Translations under genes and position numbers: made by a program | Notes under the pieces: model-generated | Database searches by the model: none | What the model was told of the DNA's origin: nothing | Seen by the model: only the letters and a program-made list of their open reading frames with translations | Assembly: GCA_039714075.1 (NCBI GenBank) | Contig: JBDLKA010000012.1 | Span: 1 to 54,319, forward strand | Origin: Candidatus Krumholzibacteriota bacterium | GTDB lineage: Bacteria > Krumholzibacteriota > Krumholzibacteriia > LZORAL124-64-63 | Direction of reading: 5' to 3' | Length of the DNA: 54,319 nucleotides | Shown: one piece after another, positions 41,464 through 49,151 of the stretch | How the letters are laid out: each line of letters opens with the position of its first letter | Position numbering within the stretch: position 1 is the first letter of the stretch

Positions 41464-43509
41464 GTGAAATTTCCGGATATTCGCCTGGACTCCCTCGCCA
41501 TCCTGGCGGGGACCGCGATCATCATCATATCTGCCGGATCGGTTCTGGCCGCCGCCCCCGGTGAAAAACCGGCGGCGGATGTTTTTACCCGCTTGTCCGC
41601 AGCCGGCGTCGCCGAGGATCACGACCAGGCCGATCATCTGATCGTGTTCACCGAAGCGGTCAACAAGGTCAAACCCTCGGGTGTGACCTACGTGGACGGT
41701 TACGAGTTGACCAAGGTCCTGACCGCCGCCGGATGCCGGGACCGGTCGGTCCTCACCTGGCACTACGATCCCCAGAGCAGTCATGTGGAGGTGCTGGAGG
41801 TCAACATCGTGCGTGACGGTGGCTTGATCCCCGTGGACGTGGCCGCGGTCCACGATCTGCCCGCGCCCCAGGCGGCCATCTACTGGAATGATCGCGTCAA
41901 GACCCTGCAACTGCCCCGCCTGCAGGTGAACGACGGCATCGAGGTGAAGACCTTCCGCAAGGGATTCACCTACGCCCTGCTGGCCGCAGGGGCCGCTGGT
42001 GCGGGCGGTTCGGCAGAGGTGCCCGACGACGAGCGCTACATCCCGCCCATGCCCGGCGAGTATTTCGACATCGTCCTGTTCAGCGGCAACGCTCCCATCC
42101 TGGAAAAGCGTTATGTGTTGCGCCTGCCGGCGGACAAGCGCCTGCACGCGGAGGTCTACAACGGGGCCCTCTATTCGAGCGTCACCTACGATGACGAATT
42201 CACGGAATACGCCTGGTGGGGCCTGGATCTGCCTTCGCAGGTCCACGAACCGCGCCAACCGGCCGCCAGCGACATCTTTCCCAAGGTGGTCATGGCCACC
42301 GCGGAAAGCTGGGAAGCGAAAAGCCGCTGGTTCTTCGACGTGAACCGCGACCAGTTCGAGGTCACGACCGCGATCCAGGAAAAGGTCGATGAAATCCTCA
42401 GGGATCAGGGTCTTGCCAAAGCCGACGAAGAGCGCCGGGCCAAGGCGCTGGTGCACTGGGTGGCGCAGAACATCCGCTACAGCGGGCAGACCATGGGCGA
42501 GGGCGAGGGGTTCACCCTGCATTCGGGCGACATGATTTTCGAACAGCGCAGCGGGGTGTGCAAGGACATCGCCGGCATGCTGATCACGATGATGCGCGCC
42601 GCAGGCATGGACTCGTACGCGGCGATGACGATGGCCGGCAGTCGCATCGACGAGGTGCCCGCCGACCAGTTCAACCACTGCGTCACCGCGCTCAAACTCG
42701 ATGACGGGACCTACCGCATGTATGACCCCACCTGGGTGCCCTACAACAACGACATCTGGTCCATGTCCGAAACGGAACAGCACTTCCTGGTGGGTTCTCC
42801 CGAGGGTGAGACGCTCAGCCGCATCCGCTACAGCCCGCCCGGCGAATCGCCGCTGAAGGTGACGCACGAGGCGAAACTCGCCAAGGATGGATCCCTGTCG
42901 GGGACTTTCAGGTTCGAGGGCACCGGCGCCATGGACGGCCGCCTGCGGCGCATCGTCAACGGGGTCAGGAAAAAGGAACTGGCCACGCGGTGCGCGCGGC
43001 TTTTGTCCCCGGTCAGCACGCGCATCGAGGGTGTCAGGGCCAGCCATCATCCCGTGGACGATTTCAGCGGGGACATGTGGCTGGAGGTCGAGTACCGCAT
43101 CCCTTCCTATGTGTTGCCGGTTTCCGACGGTCTTGAATTCACCAGCCCACTGATGCAGGTGGTGCTCAGCGAACGCAACCTTTTCGGAACCGGCGGCACG
43201 CACTGGGGCGAGGAACGGGAGACCGACCTGTTGCTTTGGTACACCCAGGAACTGGATGGAACCGAGACGATCAAGATTCCCGGTGGCTACGAGTTGATCG
43301 ATCCGCCGGATACCGAAGACGTGGATGAAACCTATGCGTCATTCGCCGGTTCGGTCGAGCAGAAGGGGGGCAAGCTGGTGCTGAATCATCAGGCTGAAGT
43401 GCGGCGCCGGCAGATCCCGCCCGACGGGTATCCCGGCTTCCGCAAGGCCATGGAAGCGGCCAGCAATTGGGGCGACCAGACGTACCGTCTCGAGAAGGGA
43501 GGCGAGTAA
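41464..43509 (+). CDS. DUF3857 plus transglutaminase-like protein (intact Cys-His-Asp triad)
   Basis: Signal peptide, WVAQNIRY, GVCKD, FNHCV and YDPT. Confidence 0.85.
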   Translation: MKFPDIRLDSLAILAGTAIIIISAGSVLAAAPGEKPAADVFTRLSAAGVAEDHDQADHLIVFTEAVNKVKPSGVTYVDGYELTKVLTAAGCRDRSVLTWHYDPQSSHVEVLEVNIVRDGGLIPVDVAAVHDLPAPQAAIYWNDRVKTLQLPRLQVNDGIEVKTFRKGFTYALLAAGAAGAGGSAEVPDDERYIPPMPGEYFDIVLFSGNAPILEKRYVLRLPADKRLHAEVYNGALYSSVTYDDEFTEYAWWGLDLPSQVHEPRQPAASDIFPKVVMATAESWEAKSRWFFDVNRDQFEVTTAIQEKVDEILRDQGLAKADEERRAKALVHWVAQNIRYSGQTMGEGEGFTLHSGDMIFEQRSGVCKDIAGMLITMMRAAGMDSYAAMTMAGSRIDEVPADQFNHCVTALKLDDGTYRMYDPTWVPYNNDIWSMSETEQHFLVGSPEGETLSRIRYSPPGESPLKVTHEAKLAKDGSLSGTFRFEGTGAMDGRLRRIVNGVRKKELATRCARLLSPVSTRIEGVRASHHPVDDFSGDMWLEVEYRIPSYVLPVSDGLEFTSPLMQVVLSERNLFGTGGTHWGEERETDLLLWYTQELDGTETIKIPGGYELIDPPDTEDVDETYASFAGSVEQKGGKLVLNHQAEVRRRQIPPDGYPGFRKAMEAASNWGDQTYRLEKGGE

Positions 43510-45398
43510 TGAAAGCTCTTAAGATTATCACGCTAATGGTTGTTGTTTCGTTATTTGCGGGTCAGTCCCTTGCGGCTGAGATGGGAATTTCGTCCGGTCA
43601 CGATCTGGACGAACTCTGGGGCCGGGCCCAGGCGGATTACGACCTGTCCGGCGAAGATGCGGTTCTTTTGCTGGAAAGCCGCCACGTCACCTGGGATGGT
43701 GAAAGCACCCTGGTCACAAGGGTGCACCGGGTGGTCTGGATCGGCACTTCGGTGGGCATCCGCGGGTACGCCGACCTGCGGATTCCCTGGAACACCGCGA
43801 CCTCCGAGTTGGAGGTCGAGGTGTTGCGCACCTGGCGGGACGGGCGCTGGTGGCCGGATGAGTCGGTCATCAGCGAAACGGCGGTGGTTCCCACCCTGCC
43901 CCACGCGCTGAACACCGCCGACGACTACACGACCATGCGCGAGACCATGCTTCTGCATGACGGGGTCGAGCTGCCCTGCATCATGGAGACGGTTTATACC
44001 ATCACCGAAGCTGGCCTGCCCGGCGCCGGTGGTTTGTTCGTGATGCCCCAGCGGGATCCCTCGGTGCGCACGGAGTTCAAGTTGACGGTCCAAGTTGCGT
44101 CGAATCCAAAATTTGAAATTTTGAATGCGGATGAGATTCCCTCTTACCACGATGGACCCGGTTCAGTTGTGTCCTGGCGCCTGGAAAATGTTCCCGCCCT
44201 GCGCACGCCACTCTCAGGTTCTCCAGCCGCGTATGAACCGGCGATCGTCTGGTCGACCTGGTCCGATTGGCCCGGGTTGCGCGACCATTGGCGCGGCTTG
44301 TTCGACGAGGCCGCCGTCCTGGACGCGGCCCTGACCGATTCGTTGCAGACCTGGATCGAGGACGCGCCCAGTCCCTGGAGCCGGATCCAGGCTGTGGTTG
44401 ACCAGGTGAACTACAATGTGCGCGGCGTCCATTACTCCGACAGTTTCTGGACGTATCAGCCCCGGCCCGCGGTCCGCACGTGGGCAACCGCTTACGGTCA
44501 TCCCCTGGACCGGGCGGTCCTGACCGCCGCCCTGCTACGAAGCGCCGGGTACGAGGTGACGCCGATCTTTGTCGGCTCGGGCAACCGCCTGGTGGGGGAA
44601 GAGGTCCCCAGGTTGAGTGGTCTGGGGGATCTTCACCTGAGCATCAAGGGTGATCCGGCGGGTCTCTACGATCCGGACCGGGGCACATTGTCGGGCCAGG
44701 CGCCGTTGATCGGCCTGCCCCTGTGGCGGACCGACCAGTACGTCGAGCCGTTTCTCGGCAATTCAACCTGGCCCCATCGTCTTGAAATCACCGTGACCCT
44801 GGAACCGGGTGAGGACGGGTTCTGGAAAGGCACGGGCCAGTTCCAGGGCTCGGGAGTTTTCTGCCCGCAGGGTGATATGGCGGGGATGGACGATGGCGCC
44901 CGCGACTATCTCAACGGCGTGATCGGCGCGGTGCTGCCCGGCGCCACCCTGAACCGCGTCAACCCGGAGATCTTCCATCAGCATCAGGTCATCCTCGGCT
45001 TCGGACTCGAAGCCGAGAAACCGGAAGCGGAATCCTCGGGCCGGACCAGGCTCGTGGTCGGCACGCCCGCCCACGGTTTGATGAGCAGGGCGGCCGGCGT
45101 TCATCTTTACGACGAAAGCCGAAGCTCACCGGTCATGCTGCCTGCGGCAATGGAACAGTGGGTGAAAATCCGGATCAAGATCGATGAGGCAGGGGAGACC
45201 GATCTGCCGGCGGTGCTGTCGCTGGTGAACGAAGCCGGGGAGTTCACCGTGAACACCACGGAAAAGGGTGGCTGGATCACCGTCGAACGGGAGTTGAAGC
45301 TGAGTTCGGATTCCTATCCCGCGGGAATGTGGCCACAGTTGAGAGCGCTGCTTCTGGAGGATGCGGATCCGGTCCACGGCACCATCCTGTTGGATTGA
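43509..45398 (+). CDS. DUF3857/transglutaminase-fold paralog lacking the catalytic Cys
   Basis: TAATG coupling, signal peptide and DAVLL. AYGHPLDRAVL..ALLRSAG occupies the position of GxCxD. Confidence 0.75.
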   Translation: MKALKIITLMVVVSLFAGQSLAAEMGISSGHDLDELWGRAQADYDLSGEDAVLLLESRHVTWDGESTLVTRVHRVVWIGTSVGIRGYADLRIPWNTATSELEVEVLRTWRDGRWWPDESVISETAVVPTLPHALNTADDYTTMRETMLLHDGVELPCIMETVYTITEAGLPGAGGLFVMPQRDPSVRTEFKLTVQVASNPKFEILNADEIPSYHDGPGSVVSWRLENVPALRTPLSGSPAAYEPAIVWSTWSDWPGLRDHWRGLFDEAAVLDAALTDSLQTWIEDAPSPWSRIQAVVDQVNYNVRGVHYSDSFWTYQPRPAVRTWATAYGHPLDRAVLTAALLRSAGYEVTPIFVGSGNRLVGEEVPRLSGLGDLHLSIKGDPAGLYDPDRGTLSGQAPLIGLPLWRTDQYVEPFLGNSTWPHRLEITVTLEPGEDGFWKGTGQFQGSGVFCPQGDMAGMDDGARDYLNGVIGAVLPGATLNRVNPEIFHQHQVILGFGLEAEKPEAESSGRTRLVVGTPAHGLMSRAAGVHLYDESRSSPVMLPAAMEQWVKIRIKIDEAGETDLPAVLSLVNEAGEFTVNTTEKGGWITVERELKLSSDSYPAGMWPQLRALLLEDADPVHGTILLD

Positions 45399-45458
45399 CG
45401 CGGGCAAGGAATTGAACCTAGTATTTGGGGTAACCCATTCTTCAACCGCAAGCGAGCC

Positions 45459-46598
45459 ATGAGCAAACAGGACAAGGACAAGCAGCCGGATAAACCTTCG
45501 GCCCTGAATGTGCGCGGCGGCGTCGACGGCGGTCACGACGGCCTGCCCGGCCAATCCTCCGGCAAGGGGGATGATGCTCCAGGAAAGCGCCGGCGATTGC
45601 TTTCGGCCCGCGAGTACATCGATGGTGTCCTGTCCGGCGACCGGGTTCTGCTGGCCCGGGCCATCACGCTCATCGAATCCAACGCGCCTTCCCATCAGGA
45701 ACTGGCGCAGGAAGTCTTGACCGCGCTTCTGCCCGAACGCTGCGAATCGACGAGGGTCGGCATCACCGGTGTTCCGGGAGCCGGCAAGAGCACGCTGATC
45801 GAGGCCTTGGGCACCGGCCTGACGGCCCGCGGGCACAAGGTCGCCGTCACGGCGGTGGACCCATCGAGCAGCCTGACCGGCGGCAGCATCCTGGGCGACA
45901 AGACCCGCATGGAGAAGCTGGCCGCCGATCCGAACGCCTTCATCCGCCCCTCGCCGACCGGCGGCACCCTGGGCGGTGTGGCGCGCAAGACGCGTGAAAC
46001 CATCATGCTGTTCGAGGCCGCGGGATATGATGTGATCCTTGTCGAAACCGTGGGAGTCGGCCAAAGCGAGATCCAGGTCCGCTCCATGGTCGATTTCTTC
46101 CTGCTGGTTCTGCTGGCCGGGGCCGGTGACGAACTGCAGGGGATCAAGAAAGGCGTTGTCGAGATCGCCGACACGGTCCTGGTGAACAAGGCCGACGGGG
46201 CCAACCTTGCCGCCGCCCGGCGCGCCCAGTCCGAATTCGAGCGGGTGCTCCACTATCTGCGCCCGGCCACCGAGGGGTGGACCACGTGCGCCTTCCTCAG
46301 CTCTGCCGCCACTGGTAAAGGGGTCATGGATCTATGGACCGTGGTGGAAAAATTCGTGGAGCAGACACGGGGGTCGGGGGTTTTTGACCGGCGCCGCACC
46401 GAGCAGGAAACGGCCTGGGTCGGATCCCTGGTGCGCGAAGGGTTGGAAGACCTGTTCCGGTCCCATCCGGGAGTCGCCGAACAGATGGCCGCCCTCGAAC
46501 AGCAGGTGGCCCGGGGGGAACTGCCGGCCACCACCGCGGCGCGCCGGCTGCTGGACCTGTTCCGGGACGGCGGATCAACCCTCGGGACTGGTCTGTGA
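45459..46598 (+). CDS. meaB: Methylmalonyl-CoA mutase-associated GTPase MeaB
   Basis: LARAITLIES, GITGVPGAGKST, AVDPSS..TGGSILGDKTRM, ETVGVGQSE and NKAD. Confidence 0.95.
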   Translation: MSKQDKDKQPDKPSALNVRGGVDGGHDGLPGQSSGKGDDAPGKRRRLLSAREYIDGVLSGDRVLLARAITLIESNAPSHQELAQEVLTALLPERCESTRVGITGVPGAGKSTLIEALGTGLTARGHKVAVTAVDPSSSLTGGSILGDKTRMEKLAADPNAFIRPSPTGGTLGGVARKTRETIMLFEAAGYDVILVETVGVGQSEIQVRSMVDFFLLVLLAGAGDELQGIKKGVVEIADTVLVNKADGANLAAARRAQSEFERVLHYLRPATEGWTTCAFLSSAATGKGVMDLWTVVEKFVEQTRGSGVFDRRRTEQETAWVGSLVREGLEDLFRSHPGVAEQMAALEQQVARGELPATTAARRLLDLFRDGGSTLGTGL

Positions 46599-46685
46599 CC
46601 AACCTTCGTACTAGATTCTGTGGACCATTTCTTGACCCATTGATCCGGCCTCGGGCCGGCCACGAACCAATCCGGGAATGAAACC

Positions 46686-48293
46686 ATGAGCGATGCCAAC
46701 GTTGCCCAACTTCCGAAGGTCACCCTTTTCGACACCCTGACGGGTCGCAAGCAGGAACTCGAAACCATCGAGCCCGGCCGCTGCGGCGTCTATTGCTGCG
46801 GGCCGACGGTCTACGGACTGAGCCACCTGGGCAACGCCCGGGCCTCGCTGGTGCCCGATGTGATGACTCGTTTCCTGCGCCACCAGGGTTACGACGTGAA
46901 GTACGTGCGCAACATCACCGACATCGACGACAAGATCATCAAGCGCAGCGGCGAGGAAGGCATTCCCGCGCAGGAGGTGGCGGACAAGTACGCCGCCGAA
47001 TACAAGCGGGACATGGCCGACCTGAACATTCTCGACCCCGATGTCGAGCCCCGGGTCAGCGATCACGTCCCGGAAATCATTGAACTGGTGGAAAGTCTGG
47101 TGGCCAAGGAGCTGGCCTACGACGTGGACGGGGACGTCTACTACCGGGTCAGGAACTTCAAGGGGTACGGCAAGCTGAGCAAGCGCAACATCGAGGAGAT
47201 GATCGAAAGCGCCGGCAGCCGCATCGACGTGGACGAACGCAAGGAGTCGCCCCTGGACTTCGCCCTGTGGAAAGCGGCCAAGCCCGGGGAACCCGCCTGG
47301 GACAGCCCCTGGGGACCCGGCCGGCCCGGCTGGCACATCGAGTGCTCGGCCATGAGTTCGACCCACCTGGGGGACAGCTTCGACATCCACGGCGGCGGGC
47401 GTGACCTGATCTTTCCGCACCACGAAAACGAGATTGCCCAGAGCCAGGGCGCCCACGGCGAGGACACGTATGCCCGCTACTGGTCGCACAACGGGTTCAT
47501 CGATTTCGACGGGGAGAAGATGTCCAAGAGTCTGGGCAATTTCTTCACCACCCGGGAGATCACGGCGCTGTACGACCCGGAATCGGTGCGCTATTTCCTG
47601 CTGACGGTCCATTACCGCAGCGGCCTGAACTTCGAGGTCGAAGTGTCCTGCCCGTCCTGCGAAGCGAGCATGGACAAGGGCGGCCAGGAAAGCGGGCTCT
47701 GCACCGCCTGCGGAACCGAATCTCCGGTGGAGGACCTGCGCGGCAGGGTGAGATTCCCGGGTTTGGAGGAGTCCGACGACCGTCTGGCCTACATCTACAA
47801 AACGTTGGCCCAGGGGCGCCGTTTTCTGGCCTCGGCCAAGAAGCCCGGAGGCGAGGAACCCGTTACTGAAGGGGTGGCGGGCATGCTGGACGCCTTCGTC
47901 GGTCACATGCGCAACGACTTCAACACCAGTGGGGCGCTCGGTGTGCTGAGCAAGCCCCTGGGAGAAGTCAACGGCCTGCTTGATTCAGGCAAAGGGGTCA
48001 GCAAGGCAGTCCGTTACCTGACCATCGAGAAGTTCATCGCGGATATGGAGCAGGTGGCCGAAATCCTCGGCTGCTTCGGGCAGGATCCTGACACCTGGCT
48101 GCAGGCCAGGCGGGACGGCAAGGCCGCCCGGATGGGTCTGGATGTCGCCCGGGTGGAAGAACTCCTGGTGCAACGAACCACGGCTCGCGCCGCCAAGGAC
48201 TGGGAAGCCGCGGACCGCATCCGCGAGGAACTCACGGACCTTGGAGTGGGGGTTCAGGACGGTCCGGATGGCTCGGTCTGGTCGTTTCTCTGA
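46686..48293 (+). CDS. cysS: Cysteine--tRNA ligase with an inserted four-Cys motif
   Basis: [56 protein letters not shown] and ADRIR. Confidence 0.96.
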   Translation: MSDANVAQLPKVTLFDTLTGRKQELETIEPGRCGVYCCGPTVYGLSHLGNARASLVPDVMTRFLRHQGYDVKYVRNITDIDDKIIKRSGEEGIPAQEVADKYAAEYKRDMADLNILDPDVEPRVSDHVPEIIELVESLVAKELAYDVDGDVYYRVRNFKGYGKLSKRNIEEMIESAGSRIDVDERKESPLDFALWKAAKPGEPAWDSPWGPGRPGWHIECSAMSSTHLGDSFDIHGGGRDLIFPHHENEIAQSQGAHGEDTYARYWSHNGFIDFDGEKMSKSLGNFFTTREITALYDPESVRYFLLTVHYRSGLNFEVEVSCPSCEASMDKGGQESGLCTACGTESPVEDLRGRVRFPGLEESDDRLAYIYKTLAQGRRFLASAKKPGGEEPVTEGVAGMLDAFVGHMRNDFNTSGALGVLSKPLGEVNGLLDSGKGVSKAVRYLTIEKFIADMEQVAEILGCFGQDPDTWLQARRDGKAARMGLDVARVEELLVQRTTARAAKDWEAADRIREELTDLGVGVQDGPDGSVWSFL

Positions 48294-48314
48294 TTCTGCC
48301 CGGCAATGAGGAAG

Positions 48315-48356
48315 AGGCGGCACCGGGGCGCGAAGTTTCGGTGCCGCCTTTGTTTT
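48315..48356 (+). terminator. Intrinsic terminator after cysS
   Basis: AGGCGGCACCG...CGGTGCCGCCT followed by TTGTTTT. Confidence 0.8.
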
Positions 48357-48407
48357 GGACACACGTATGTCTCACAACACATGCTTTTTCTCCTTTTGAT
48401 CAACCGA

Positions 48408-48437
48408 TTGCGGAGGGTGGTAAGGTAATGGTATACT
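48408..48437 (+). promoter_or_regulatory. Putative sigma70 promoter (TTGCGG-18-TATACT, extended TG)
   Basis: Lies upstream of the GGAGG RBS and ATG at 48478. Confidence 0.5.
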
Positions 48438-48477
48438 AATAATGTCGCCTATCGTCCAACTATACGGGGAGGAACCA

Positions 48478-49071
48478 ATGAAAACACTATTAACGATTCT
48501 TCTTCTGACCATCCCTCTGGCCGCACTCGCCCAGCCGGATCCTTCACCCGACGTGATGGGGGTCTACTTCGACATCGGCGGGAACCAAACTGAAATTCAT
48601 GTGCCCGCCAGCGTGCCCTTCAATGCCTATGTCGTGCTGCGTAACCCGACCCAGGCGGAGATCACCGGGTACGAGTTCGGGTACGACCATTGGGTGCCGC
48701 CGGGGAATGAGGGCATGGTCTTCCTCCTGGCCGCTGACCTACTTTGCGACCCCATCACCATTGATCCGCCCACCAGTCCCCTGGTGGGGTCCTATGGGTG
48801 TGAACCTTCGCAACCCGTTCCGGCGACGCCGGCGGTGGTCCTGCTGACCTGGCAGTACATGCTTTTGGGGGTGATGCCCATGCATTTCAACCTGACGCCG
48901 GCGGATACGCCCACGGTGCCCGGTGACCTGCCGGGCTACTGGGGACCGTCGGGGATCACGCCGACGGAATACGCGGAGACGTGCTTCGGGACCGGAGCCC
49001 GGGTAAACGAGTTCTGTCCGGTTGCCGTCGAGCCGCAAAGCTGGGGCAGTCTGAAGGGGTTGTTCCGGTGA
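48478..49071 (+). CDS. Secreted protein (DPSPDVMGVYFD family) with a C-terminal SWGSLKGLFR tail
   Basis: GGAGG RBS and signal peptide ending ALA-Q. Apparent paralog of 20430..21047. Confidence 0.8.
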   Translation: MKTLLTILLLTIPLAALAQPDPSPDVMGVYFDIGGNQTEIHVPASVPFNAYVVLRNPTQAEITGYEFGYDHWVPPGNEGMVFLLAADLLCDPITIDPPTSPLVGSYGCEPSQPVPATPAVVLLTWQYMLLGVMPMHFNLTPADTPTVPGDLPGYWGPSGITPTEYAETCFGTGARVNEFCPVAVEPQSWGSLKGLFR

Positions 49072-49096
49072 TATGGAACGGCTAGTCAAGCCTTTT

Positions 49097-49125
49097 GAGG
49101 GGGCCCGGGGATTCCGGGCCCCTTC
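49097..49125. terminator. Terminator hairpin between convergent genes
   Basis: GAGGGGGCCCGG...CCGGGCCCCTTC followed by a pyrimidine tract. Confidence 0.7.
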
Positions 49126-49151
49126 TTCTCTCGTCACGCTGAACAAGCGGC

